From: an uncultured Gammaproteobacteria bacterium
Lineage (GTDB): Bacteria > Pseudomonadota > Gammaproteobacteria > Eutrophobiales > Eutrophobiaceae
Length of the DNA: 64,000 nucleotides
Reading direction: 5' to 3'
NCBI GenBank assembly: GCA_943788005.1
Contig: CALSOP010000006.1
Span: 32,549 to 96,548, forward strand
Shown here: positions 54,124 to 63,867 of the stretch, one piece after another
Layout of the letters: every line of letters begins with the position of its first letter
Numbering within the stretch: the stretch's first letter is position 1
Position numbers and translations under genes: made by a program
Notes under the pieces: generated by a model
What the model was told of the DNA's origin: nothing
Seen by the model: the letters and a program-made list of their open reading frames with translations, nothing else
Database searches by the model: none

Positions 54124-54738
54124 TTACTCAAATACAAAAAACTGAGGCATTTCTTCTGGAGCATCATCCTCCAGTCCCCAGACATCACTCATCCTTACCG
54201 TCTCTGACGTATCTAAAATGCCACCCATATTAGTTGGGTGAAGGCCTTTCTTTTTAAGAACTGCCAGAGAATCTTTGGTGCCCCGTATGACACTTTTAAT
54301 GCTTTCAAAATCCAGAGTGTTCTCTAGTGTTTTATGCGCTAAGCGTATTCGGAAAAAAGCTAAAATTGCATCTGCCGGTTCAGCCGAAGGAACACCAAGT
54401 ATTTTTGCGACTTCAATTATTCGCCCGACGCCTTCTTCTATAACAGGCAACTCGACCTTAAGCCTATCTTCTGCTTTTTCAGGAAGCTCAAGTATTTTAT
54501 GAAAGTCGATATAGCCAAGTTCATAAAGATCACCCATATCTTTAAATGGATGAACATCAATAGATAAATAGCGCAACGAGCATCCCGTCTCCTCAATATC
54601 TGCTTGCACCATACAAAACTGTATTGCCTCTTGCACAAAATCAATAAACATTGAAACTTGTGCTTCTTCTTCACCTTTGATTGGTGCCCCGGCTACTTGC
54701 TCAAACTCAGCCTCTGAAAATGACGTCAATATGGTCAT
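54124..54738 (-). CDS. Hypothetical acidic protein
   Basis: 204-codon ORF with GAGG RBS; no family recognised. Confidence 0.6.
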   Translation of the reverse strand: MTILTSFSEAEFEQVAGAPIKGEEEAQVSMFIDFVQEAIQFCMVQADIEETGCSLRYLSIDVHPFKDMGDLYELGYIDFHKILELPEKAEDRLKVELPVIEEGVGRIIEVAKILGVPSAEPADAILAFFRIRLAHKTLENTLDFESIKSVIRGTKDSLAVLKKKGLHPTNMGGILDTSETVRMSDVWGLEDDAPEEMPQFFVFE

Positions 54739-54885
54739 GCTTATTTTAAAACCTCAAAATTATTAGTATTTTCAGCAGGATTCTAACGGTACTTGTGTAT
54801 TCAGTACAGTTTCGAGTGATTAGCAGAATATTTACCCATGCCAAACTCCATTCACTCAAGCCTAAAGCAAGCTTTTTCATAGCTA

Positions 54886-55350
54886 TTAACCACTCTTAGT
54901 ATTCCTGTCATACATCACAATACTACCGGTTACTGCTACATTTAAAGAATACGCTCCTGGGAGCTTTATCAAAGATTGGCATTGCTCCAGAACCTGCGGT
55001 GGTAAACCGCTTATTTCATTTCCCAGTAGATATACGGCTCTGTCTGGGTGCTCATACTCGCTTAATGCTATCGCATCTTTACCCATTTCTACCGCAACTA
55101 ATCTAGTTGAGTAAGGTAAATGATCTTTCAATTCGTCAAACGTCTTGAAGTGATACAACGGTATTCTAGTCCATGACTTTGTGACGTCGCTTCCCTGATG
55201 CTTATATTTTTTATCGACCGTAAAGATAAAGCTCGCTCCCAATAAATAAGCTGAACGCCAGAGTGTCCCTATATTTACTTCATCACTGTTATTCAGAATT
55301 CCAATTCCAAAAAAACCGTAATCGTCTTTAATTTCCTTTACTCGTGACAT
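54886..55350 (-). CDS. TrmH/SpoU family RNA methyltransferase
   Basis: 'NIGTLWRSA', 'YLLGNEISGL', 'SLNVAVTGSIVMYDR'. Confidence 0.88.
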   Translation of the reverse strand: MSRVKEIKDDYGFFGIGILNNSDEVNIGTLWRSAYLLGASFIFTVDKKYKHQGSDVTKSWTRIPLYHFKTFDELKDHLPYSTRLVAVEMGKDAIALSEYEHPDRAVYLLGNEISGLPPQVLEQCQSLIKLPGAYSLNVAVTGSIVMYDRNTKSG

Positions 55351-55389
55351 TTAGAATGTCTCACCCCTCTTTATCGTCATAATAAATGA

Positions 55390-56280
55390 TTAACCACAGA
55401 CAATGGCTATTCCAAGTAGTAATGGCGTTAATAATGCCGCTGCTACATTTGCTGCCAAATATTGCGGATGCAGCCCAATTCTTGCGCCGAATTTTATTGC
55501 TCCTAAAAGTGAAAACATCGAGAACAATATAGGAATGAGAGCGATGACACTCAAGCTTGGGATAGCCTCACTGAAAATAAAATAAATGATCAATGAATAT
55601 GCCGTCAGCATAAAAATGGTATACATGATATTACTGTTTTTTATGCCATAGGTAATTGGATAAGTATTTCTTCCAATAGTCGAATCAGCTTCTATATCTG
55701 GGTATTGATTCAATAAGAGTAGATTGTTGACCAGAAAAAAAGGCACGAGTGCGATCATCCACGCCTGATTCGAATGCCCACCGGTCAAGACAACATTAGC
55801 ACCAACAACCATAAGCATCCCAAAACCCAAACCTGGAGCAATAAGACATAAGAAAGGGGAGCGATTAATCCATTTTGTATACGCAGTTATAAGAACGACA
55901 CCAACTAAGCCAATCGGCATGATTTCCATGCCGTATTCAATCACAAGACTCACGCCGATTGTTATCGTCACCGCTAACGACACTAGTCCAAGAACTAGTA
56001 CTGATTTAGCCATCTCAGGGTTGTCAGGCAATGCACCACTACCACCGCTAAACGGTGTTTTCCTGGTAATGAGGTCCAATCCACTTTTAAAGTCATCGTA
56101 CTCATTAAGCGTGTTAACACTGATATGGGCAGCAATAGCACCGATAAATATGATGCTAAGTGTAGCCAGGTCAATTGACGGATGAACTACGTACGCGGTG
56201 CTAAAGCCTAAAAATATACAGACAGGTGTTAAAACGAGAAAGGGTGCACGAATTGTCTGAAGCAAGGTTTTAATTTGCAT
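55390..56280 (-). CDS. UbiA/MenA family prenyltransferase
   Basis: 'NTLNEYDDFKSGLD', 'TPFSGGSG', 'NQYPDIEAD...GR'; many TM segments. Confidence 0.85.
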   Translation of the reverse strand: MQIKTLLQTIRAPFLVLTPVCIFLGFSTAYVVHPSIDLATLSIIFIGAIAAHISVNTLNEYDDFKSGLDLITRKTPFSGGSGALPDNPEMAKSVLVLGLVSLAVTITIGVSLVIEYGMEIMPIGLVGVVLITAYTKWINRSPFLCLIAPGLGFGMLMVVGANVVLTGGHSNQAWMIALVPFFLVNNLLLLNQYPDIEADSTIGRNTYPITYGIKNSNIMYTIFMLTAYSLIIYFIFSEAIPSLSVIALIPILFSMFSLLGAIKFGARIGLHPQYLAANVAAALLTPLLLGIAIVCG

Positions 56281-56333
56281 CTTTTAATTATCTTTAGTTA
56301 GCAATTAAGACCAGAGTATAGGTTGATGCACAT

Positions 56334-57806
56334 TCATTTCCCAAACATTGATCCTAGTATTCCACGAATAATTTTTCGTCCCAAGGCACTCCCCATACTC
56401 CGCGCGACACTTTTCATCAACGCTTCACCAATACCCTGTCGGTTACTACCTCGCTTAGCGGGTTGTTTTGCATTTGTTGCTTGTTTTGCTTGAGCCTTCT
56501 CTACTTTTTGCACAGTTTTCTTAGCACGCTTTTGCAATATTTCATGCGCTGAATTCCTATCTAAAGATTCATTGTAACTATCACCAATAATTGACTTTTC
56601 AATAACCTCAGCGCGTTCCGTTGCTTTTAACGGTCCAATACGTGATTGTGGCGGTCTGATTAAAGTGCGCTCAACTGGTGTAGGACTACCCTTTTCATCG
56701 AGAACAGAAACCAATGCTTCGCCTGTGCCTAGCTCAGTAATAATTTGTTTACAATCAAAGCTTGGATTTTGACGAAATGTTTCAGCAACGGTCTTAACTA
56801 CTTTTTTATCTTTTGGAGTAAATGCACGCAAGGCATGCTGAATACGCAAGCCGAGTTGCCCTAATATATCTTCAGGTATATCAGTGGGATTTTGACTTAT
56901 AAAATATATACCCACACATTTAGATCTAATCAAGCGAACAACTTGTTCGATTTTGTCGACTAATGAACGCGGCGCTCGATCAAACAACAAATGTGCTTCA
57001 TCAAAAAAGAAGACTAATTTTGGTTTTTTAGCATCCCCTACTTCGGGTAGTTGTTCAAACAACTCTGATAGCAACCATAGTAGAAATGAAGCATAGAGTT
57101 TTGGTGACTGCGATGACAGTTTGGTCGCATCAAGTATATTAATAATGCCACGACCATCTTCATCTCTTTGCATTAGGTCGCGTAAGCCCAATGCAGGTTC
57201 GCCGAAAAAATTCTTTGCGCCTTGTTGATCAAGAACTAATAATCTTCGCTGAATCGCAGCGACACTGGCTTTAGATATATTGCCGTAATTTGAACTTAGC
57301 TCACTGGCATTTTCAGCCATCCAACTGAGCATCGACCGTAGATCTTTAAGATCTAGTAACAATAACCCTTCGTCATCCGCAATACTGAAACAAGCATAGA
57401 GAATACCGCTCTGAGTATCATTTAACTCTAGTAAATTCGATAACAATAATGGTCCCATTTCCGAGATAGTTGTTCGAATCGGATGTCCTTTTTTACCAAA
57501 CATATCCCAAAAAACAACCGGGTTAGCATTAAAGGCAAAATCTTTAATCGGTATCTCAGCAAGGCGTTCATCAATCTTGGGATGTGGCGCGCCTGCTTTT
57601 GCAAGGCCGGACAAATCACCTTTTATGTCTGCTACAAATACGGGCACGCCCAACTGGGAAAATCCTTCTGCCAAAATTTGCAACGTTACCGTTTTACCTG
57701 TGCCTGTAGCACCGGCAATCATGCCGTGACGATTACTTAATTTGGCTAGTTGGCTTATAAGCTTCCCGTTAGCACCACCGATCGTTAATTGCGTTTTATT
57801 ATTCAT
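56334..57806 (-). CDS. DUF853 HerA/FtsK-like ATPase (YjgR family)
   Basis: 'NRHGMIAGATGTGKTVTLQ', 'FFFDEAHLLF', 'QHALRAFTP'. Confidence 0.9.
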   Translation of the reverse strand: MNNKTQLTIGGANGKLISQLAKLSNRHGMIAGATGTGKTVTLQILAEGFSQLGVPVFVADIKGDLSGLAKAGAPHPKIDERLAEIPIKDFAFNANPVVFWDMFGKKGHPIRTTISEMGPLLLSNLLELNDTQSGILYACFSIADDEGLLLLDLKDLRSMLSWMAENASELSSNYGNISKASVAAIQRRLLVLDQQGAKNFFGEPALGLRDLMQRDEDGRGIINILDATKLSSQSPKLYASFLLWLLSELFEQLPEVGDAKKPKLVFFFDEAHLLFDRAPRSLVDKIEQVVRLIRSKCVGIYFISQNPTDIPEDILGQLGLRIQHALRAFTPKDKKVVKTVAETFRQNPSFDCKQIITELGTGEALVSVLDEKGSPTPVERTLIRPPQSRIGPLKATERAEVIEKSIIGDSYNESLDRNSAHEILQKRAKKTVQKVEKAQAKQATNAKQPAKRGSNRQGIGEALMKSVARSMGSALGRKIIRGILGSMFGK

Positions 57807-57834
57807 AGTTCTTTATATTAAATTCATGATAGTT

Positions 57835-58389
57835 TTATATTGCTTTACCTTTCTTCAACAGTTCTTTTATTAGTTCTTTTTCTTTCAGGCCACTACTATC
57901 ACCACCTATAAAAGTGCTAGAACCAGAAGAAAAACTGCTGCCAAAAGTGTCCACTAAATTGACTGTTTGTCCAAGCCCACTTAAAAAATCCTCATCGCTC
58001 AGCGTTGATAACGGGTGTATGTAAGCGCTCCATAATGTTTCCTTGGCTATGGCATAACGTGCATCTAAAGCACTATCAAAGTTTGCTTGCATGATTCGGT
58101 ACAGGTGCTTTTCTGTGAGTTCGGACGTCTCTGTAATGGGTATAACGATGCGCATCCGGTCCGCAGTCTCATCGGTAATAACAGTGACTGCATGGTTGCC
58201 TACTTTCAATTGCCACATGCCATTAGTGCCCTCAGGAGTCTTGTCTAATCGACGAATAATCTCTTCTAGTCGACTATTATTCATGGAGCATGTCTTAGCT
58301 TGCTCAGGTTCTATAGTTTCTGCAAAAGCTAAAAAAGAACTTAGAGAAAATAAAACAATAAAAAATAATTTAGATATTCGATCAGTCAT
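57835..58389 (-). CDS. Exported protein with a YbjN/T3SS-chaperone-like fold
   Basis: Signal peptide; 'ADRMRIVIPI', 'MQANFDSALDARYA', 'WSAYIHPL'. Confidence 0.6.
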   Translation of the reverse strand: MTDRISKLFFIVLFSLSSFLAFAETIEPEQAKTCSMNNSRLEEIIRRLDKTPEGTNGMWQLKVGNHAVTVITDETADRMRIVIPITETSELTEKHLYRIMQANFDSALDARYAIAKETLWSAYIHPLSTLSDEDFLSGLGQTVNLVDTFGSSFSSGSSTFIGGDSSGLKEKELIKELLKKGKAI

Positions 58390-58672
58390 CTTGATTCTCC
58401 TCTATCACGATTCAGGAGACCATGTATTTATGATTCCAATAAATGATTACTATATTTAGTATCACTGGAAGTCATTAAACAAAACAGGCCAATGTTAATA
58501 GTATGTGATATTCAGCCAAGAATCGAAGAAAAAATAATCTAGCAGTTCAGGCTTTTTACCCATGTTCCCAGATATGAATGCCTTAATTATGACTTTATGA
58601 GAAGTTGCTCAAAGGCATAAAAAAAATATTTAATGGGTAGAACGACGGGCTTTATACCTATTTTAAATCAAG

Positions 58673-59518
58673 CTAGACAGGGACATGGCTTGTCCAATTA
58701 GGGTGTTCATCAGCACGCTTTATCATCTCGCGTAGCACATCATGAGACCTTTTCAATTTCACATAAGGGTCTCCCCCCTCTTCCCATCCAAGATAACCGA
58801 ACATACCTTCGTAACCTTTATTTTTTAAGGCGCCAATGATGGCGAAGTTGTCTAATTCGCCCACATCCAATGGTTCAACTGTAGCAACACCTGCGAATCC
58901 CAGAGGACTTTGACGACTACCTGACAAATGTACCTTGCGTAGATGAGGATAAACCTCGTTGAGAACGCGGCTTGGGCTACCTCCTTCTAATGCATACCAA
59001 TGGAAGCTTGTGAACACAATCCCAAGATTAGGATGGTTGATTGCTCTGCATAAACGAACCGCGTCACTATGTCGTTCTAGCCAAAACTTTATGTGTGTAT
59101 ACAAAAGTATATCGATTCCACGACGCTCACATATTTCCAACGCCTGCTTAAGCCAATCACTGACAGGTTCATCTCCTTGCGTAGAAGACGGTGATATCCC
59201 TCTACCAGCACTGCGTATGGAAAGGTCTATTTGAGTACAGCCTTGAATATTTTCAAGTAGCGTTAGAATGCCACTATTATGAGGATGATCTGTCGGATAA
59301 TCTAAATCAAGAACAATATAAATGCCTGTGGCATCAAGACCATGCTTTTCTTTAACTGTAGCGAGGACATCTGCAGTTTGCCAACGCGTGCCATCCCAGA
59401 TGGAACGATGAATTCCATCGTAGCCAATCTCTTTAATCATTTCGCATTGTGCATCAAAATCGTAGACACCTTGGGTATTGTAAAAGGCGAAATCCATAGC
59501 ATAAATTTTATTGATCAT
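58673..59518 (-). CDS. Sugar-phosphate isomerase/epimerase (xylose isomerase-like TIM barrel)
   Basis: 'MIKEIGYDG', 'LYTHIKFWLE', 'HPNLGIVFTSFHWY', 'VHLSG', 'GYEG'. Confidence 0.7.
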   Translation of the reverse strand: MINKIYAMDFAFYNTQGVYDFDAQCEMIKEIGYDGIHRSIWDGTRWQTADVLATVKEKHGLDATGIYIVLDLDYPTDHPHNSGILTLLENIQGCTQIDLSIRSAGRGISPSSTQGDEPVSDWLKQALEICERRGIDILLYTHIKFWLERHSDAVRLCRAINHPNLGIVFTSFHWYALEGGSPSRVLNEVYPHLRKVHLSGSRQSPLGFAGVATVEPLDVGELDNFAIIGALKNKGYEGMFGYLGWEEGGDPYVKLKRSHDVLREMIKRADEHPNWTSHVPV

Positions 59519-59541
59519 CTCTTTTCTCGTCGTGTAACTGA

Positions 59542-60513
59542 TTAATTATTGATTTTAAAATTAGGCAGCACAGTCTCACCGATTTCAGCGATAACTTCTT
59601 CAGCGGGCCGTTTACCTATTTTAAGATTTAAGGCCACATGGTTTACCCCGATAAGCTGACATTGTTCCAAAAATTCAGTCAGTACCTTTGTACCACCCCT
59701 AAAACCAAGATGAATCGGCGTAGGTGCTTCGTCAGGATCTTCGCTTAAATCGATATAAAACGATTGCGCAAACGGTTTGAATTTTTCATTAGCATTTTTT
59801 TTCAATTCTTCACGCCATTGTTGAATAATCTTAGCTTGACTATCAAGCGGCCGAGGATAAGTAATCCAACCGTCTGCGTTAGCGGCTATCCAGCCTAAAC
59901 TCTGCTGGCTGTTTCCGGTAACCAGAAAGGGTAATTTACCAACCGGCTTGGGTATCGTGTCCGCCATCCCTTTTAATACCGATGATTGACACTGGATATG
60001 AGGAAAACTTTCTTCCAGGGCTTGTTTTATTACGTCGAAATGGTCTCTGAATCGTTCGCCTCTTGTTTCAATATCGACATTAAATGCGGGGAACTCTACA
60101 GGCCTATCTCCAGAGGCAACCCCTAATACTAATCTGCCATTTGATAATTGGTCTATAGACGCAGCAGCTTTCGCTGTATGCAGAGGGTGCCGGATCGGTA
60201 AAATAACTGAACCTGTAGCAAGTGTAATATCTTTGGTCTGAGCGGCTATCCAACTAAGATATACCCACACGTCAAAGATTTGTCCAACATCACCAAAACT
60301 GGGGTCGCGTAAAGGCACATCTCTAAACCAAAGCGCAGCATAACCCAACTCTTCGGTCAATTTAGCAAGACGTTCTTGATCTTGCATCGCAGGAACATCT
60401 CTTTCATATGATTCGAGTGGACAAAATATTCCCAGCGATAGCTTATTTTCAACAAACATACGTTTAAATCCGTTTCCAGACTCAATGGTTGCGGATGAAT
60501 TTACTTCAAGCAC
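59542..60513 (-). CDS. Luciferase-like (LLM class) flavin-dependent oxidoreductase
   Basis: 'ALWFRDVPLRDPSFGDVGQIFD', 'RHPLHTAKAAASIDQLSNGRLVLGVASGDRPVEFPAF'; GTG start at 60513 behind GGGAGG. Confidence 0.88.
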   Translation of the reverse strand: MLEVNSSATIESGNGFKRMFVENKLSLGIFCPLESYERDVPAMQDQERLAKLTEELGYAALWFRDVPLRDPSFGDVGQIFDVWVYLSWIAAQTKDITLATGSVILPIRHPLHTAKAAASIDQLSNGRLVLGVASGDRPVEFPAFNVDIETRGERFRDHFDVIKQALEESFPHIQCQSSVLKGMADTIPKPVGKLPFLVTGNSQQSLGWIAANADGWITYPRPLDSQAKIIQQWREELKKNANEKFKPFAQSFYIDLSEDPDEAPTPIHLGFRGGTKVLTEFLEQCQLIGVNHVALNLKIGKRPAEEVIAEIGETVLPNFKINN

Positions 60514-60793
60514 AGAGGCCTCCCAGTTGCGTTTTAGCGCGTCATTTTGTTTATAACAATTCTGACTCTTGAATTGGTGCAAAAAAAGTGATTGAACTGT
60601 ACAGCGAAATTTAGTTTTTACAAACGAATTAGCTTTATTTAAGTATTACATTCCTGTTCTATATAAATGCGCCTCATACACTTGAGTTTTGTGCCTCTAA
60701 AAAACCTTCAGGTTTGTAAATTAGTTCAGAGGTTATATGATGTGAAAATCGTAACAGTTTAATTTTGACTAAATTAACCAGGAGATCCTCTCG

Positions 60794-61780
60794 ATGCAAG
60801 CCGATGCAAAGAAGCAGAGCTGGATGTATGAAAATATGTTCAAAAGCCGTTATTACGAAGAATGCATGGAGGCTGCTTATCTAGAAGGCAAGCAACCCGT
60901 ATTTAACATGGCCAACGGCCCTGTTCCCGGCGAAATGCATCTGTCCAATGGGCAGGAACCCTGCGCTGTCGGTGTTTGTGCCCACCTCGATGCCGACGAT
61001 GCCGTTTTTGCTACACATCGGCCACACCACATTGCCATAGCCAAGGGCGTTGATTTAAAAGCCATGACTGCAGAGATATTTGGTAAAAAAACTGGTCTAT
61101 CTGGTGGTCGTGGTGGTCATATGCATTTATTTGATACCAAAGTAAATTTTGCCTGTAGCGGCATCATTGCTGAAGGCATGGGTCCCGCAGCCGGAGTAGC
61201 GCTAGCACGAAAACTCCGCAATGAACCCGGCGTCGCCGTAGCCTTTATTGGCGAGGGCGCTGCTAACCAAGGCGGCTTTCATGAAACCATGAATCTTGCC
61301 GCGGTCTGGAAACTCCCCTTTGTTTGCATCATTGAAGACAATGCTTGGGGTATTTCTGTCGCTAAAACAGATGCAACAGCAGTACCCAGAAACGATGTTC
61401 GTGCAGCTGCCTATGGAATTCCCGGAGAATATGTAGAAGGAAATGATCCTTTGGCTATATATGATGCGGCAGAACGTGCCATTAACAGAGCACGGGCAGG
61501 AGAAGGTCCCAGTCTGATAGAAATAGAAACATACCGTTTGGCTGGGCACTTTATGGGCGATGCTGAAGCCTATCGCCCCGAAGGCGAAAAAGACGGCCTT
61601 TTGGCGAAAGACCCTATCCCAGCATTTCGAAAACATCTATTAGACAGTGGTGTGATTAATGAAGCTGCCTTGAAGAATATTGAAGGTGCTATGCATGCCG
61701 AGGTCGATGAGGCCTTTGAATTTGCCCGAGCTGCAGCTGAGCCCGAACCCGCTGAAGCACTAGAAAAAGTCTTTGCCTAG
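60794..61780 (+). CDS. TPP-dependent dehydrogenase E1 alpha subunit (acetoin/2-oxoacid type)
   Basis: 'HLSNGQE', 'THRPHH', 'GRGGHMH', TPP motif 'GEGAANQG...EDN', 'TYRLAGH'. Confidence 0.92.
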   Translation: MQADAKKQSWMYENMFKSRYYEECMEAAYLEGKQPVFNMANGPVPGEMHLSNGQEPCAVGVCAHLDADDAVFATHRPHHIAIAKGVDLKAMTAEIFGKKTGLSGGRGGHMHLFDTKVNFACSGIIAEGMGPAAGVALARKLRNEPGVAVAFIGEGAANQGGFHETMNLAAVWKLPFVCIIEDNAWGISVAKTDATAVPRNDVRAAAYGIPGEYVEGNDPLAIYDAAERAINRARAGEGPSLIEIETYRLAGHFMGDAEAYRPEGEKDGLLAKDPIPAFRKHLLDSGVINEAALKNIEGAMHAEVDEAFEFARAAAEPEPAEALEKVFA

Positions 61781-61789
61781 GAGAAAATT

Positions 61790-62806
61790 ATGGCCACACC
61801 TAAACGTAAATTAACCACAGCAAAGGCAATCAGTGAAGCTATTTCTCAAGAAATGGAAGCTGATGAAAATGTTTTTGTCATGGGCGAAGATATCGCCAAA
61901 CTCGGCGGTGTCTTTGGCACAACCACTGGTCTATTAGATAAATTTGGTCCTGAACGCGTCCGCGATACCCCTATTTCAGAAACAGCCTTCATTGGTGCTG
62001 CTGTGGGTGCCGCTGCTGCAGGCATGCGTCCTATAGTAGAATTGATGTTTGTCGATTTTTTCGGCGTTTGCATGGATGCGATCTATAACCTTGCAGCTAA
62101 AAACTGTTATTTCTCAGGCGGCAATCAACCTATTCCCATGGTACTGATGACCTCGGTGGGTGGTGGTTATGGGGATGCCGGCCAACACAGCCAATGTTTA
62201 TATGGCACCTTTGCGCATTTGCCTGGAATGAAGGTAGTTGTTCCATCCAATGCTTATGATGCAAAAGGCCTGATGCATACCGCAGTTGCCGATGATAACC
62301 CGGTTATTTTCATGCTTCATAAAAACCTGCAAGGCATGGGCTGGCTAGGCACTGTTAAAAACTCAATCGTTGATGTGCCAAGAGAAACCTATGGTGTTCC
62401 CTTTGGTGAAGCTGCCATTGTTCGCGAAGGAAAAGACATTACGCTTGTTGGTCTGGGTGTTACAGTGCACATGGCACTTGATGCAGCAGAAGCCTTGGCT
62501 AAAGAAGGTGTTGAAGCTGAAGTGGTTGACCTTCGAACTTTAGTTCCACTTGACCGTGACACCGTATTTAACTCAGTTTCCAAGACTGGACGACTATTAG
62601 TAATTGACGATGATTACATTAGTTATGGTGTTAGCGGTGAAATTATTTCATCTGTTGCAGAACAAGACAGCAGTATTTTTAAAACATCTCCACAACGAAT
62701 TGCTTTCCCGGATATTCCAATACCCTTTACCCGACCGATGGAACAATTCGCTTTACCTAACAAAGATAAGATTTTTAATGCCGTCAAAGAAATGATGAAG
62801 GATTAA
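61790..62806 (+). CDS. TPP-dependent dehydrogenase E1 beta subunit
   Basis: 'GEDIAKLGGVFG', 'RVRDTPISE', 'ELMFVDF', 'GQHSQ', 'DLRTLVPLD'. Confidence 0.92.
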   Translation: MATPKRKLTTAKAISEAISQEMEADENVFVMGEDIAKLGGVFGTTTGLLDKFGPERVRDTPISETAFIGAAVGAAAAGMRPIVELMFVDFFGVCMDAIYNLAAKNCYFSGGNQPIPMVLMTSVGGGYGDAGQHSQCLYGTFAHLPGMKVVVPSNAYDAKGLMHTAVADDNPVIFMLHKNLQGMGWLGTVKNSIVDVPRETYGVPFGEAAIVREGKDITLVGLGVTVHMALDAAEALAKEGVEAEVVDLRTLVPLDRDTVFNSVSKTGRLLVIDDDYISYGVSGEIISSVAEQDSSIFKTSPQRIAFPDIPIPFTRPMEQFALPNKDKIFNAVKEMMKD

Positions 62807-62810
62807 TAAC

Positions 62811-63038
62811 ATGGATATAAAAATTACAAACGACATAGTGGAAGATGGTGCAGAAGCCGTCATCGTTACCTGGTACTTTGAAGATGGTGATGACGTAGAA
62901 AAGGATGCGGTACTAGCAGATATCATGATTGAAAAAGCATCGCTTGAATTTCCGGCGCCCTGCTCTGGAAAATTAACTATCAAGAAAGAATGTGAAGTGG
63001 TCTTACAAGAAGGCGATATTATTGCCACTATTGAATGA
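62811..63038 (+). CDS. Stand-alone lipoyl/biotinyl carrier domain
   Basis: 'WYFEDGDDVEKDAVLADIMIEKASLEFPAPCSG'; attachment Lys in EKA; 75 aa with no catalytic domain. Confidence 0.88.
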   Translation: MDIKITNDIVEDGAEAVIVTWYFEDGDDVEKDAVLADIMIEKASLEFPAPCSGKLTIKKECEVVLQEGDIIATIE

Positions 63039-63071
63039 TGAACGTGCCCAGAAAGATCTAAACGATTAATT

Positions 63072-63854
63072 TCACAAACTAGTTTCTTGATTAAACTTAT
63101 CAACGGCAATCTTCAACAGCTTATAGCCTTCAACGAGTCGCATAGAAGGACGACCCAAATACGCTTCCGGGATTGAAACTAGTCGTTGATTTCGAACAGC
63201 TGACACAGAACTCAGCAGTGGGTTGTCGCTTATCACCGATGGACGATATTTATCTTCTTTAACGCCACACCATGAGATGACAATAATGTCTGGATCCAAT
63301 TTGGCAAATTGTTCAAACTCAAGCGGCAAACTTGTCTCTTCAAATTCTTCCAAAGCATTTCGTCCACCAGCCAATTCGATCAGTTCATGAACCCAGCTTT
63401 TTCTTGCCGCAGCAATTACTGGCTTTGGCCACCACTGCACTGCAGTTGAAGGACGCTGTTTACCTGAGTCATCTACTGGTTTAATTTCCTGTTGCATGCC
63501 TTCAATCAATTGTGTTCCGCGAGCGGCAACACCTAACTGTTGTGCAATGTCATCAATGTCTTGGTAAACCGCTGCTAATGATTCTGGGGCAGATGCCCAA
63601 TAAGGTAATCCTGCAGTTTTCAAAGAATCGATAACCTTATCGTGACCTGGGACAGTTAATGAAGCCAATACTAGATCAGGTTGCAGTTGGGAAATTACTT
63701 CTGCATCAACTTGAAGATCAGGCCCTACTCTTGGCAAGCTGGAGACGACGTCTTTCGGGTAATCAGAGTGGTTATCAACACCGACTAAATATTGTGCGCA
63801 ACCTAGTGCACAAACAATCTCTGTATTGGAACAGGTAGTTGAGACAATACGCAT
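63072..63854 (-). CDS. Cobalamin-binding BtuF-like protein without a signal peptide
   Basis: 'MRIVSTTCSNTEIVCALG', 'LVGVDNHSDYP', 'LQPDLVLAS', 'LGRPSMRLVEG'. Confidence 0.8.
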   Translation of the reverse strand: MRIVSTTCSNTEIVCALGCAQYLVGVDNHSDYPKDVVSSLPRVGPDLQVDAEVISQLQPDLVLASLTVPGHDKVIDSLKTAGLPYWASAPESLAAVYQDIDDIAQQLGVAARGTQLIEGMQQEIKPVDDSGKQRPSTAVQWWPKPVIAAARKSWVHELIELAGGRNALEEFEETSLPLEFEQFAKLDPDIIVISWCGVKEDKYRPSVISDNPLLSSVSAVRNQRLVSIPEAYLGRPSMRLVEGYKLLKIAVDKFNQETSL

Positions 63855-63867
63855 TTAAAACTACGCC

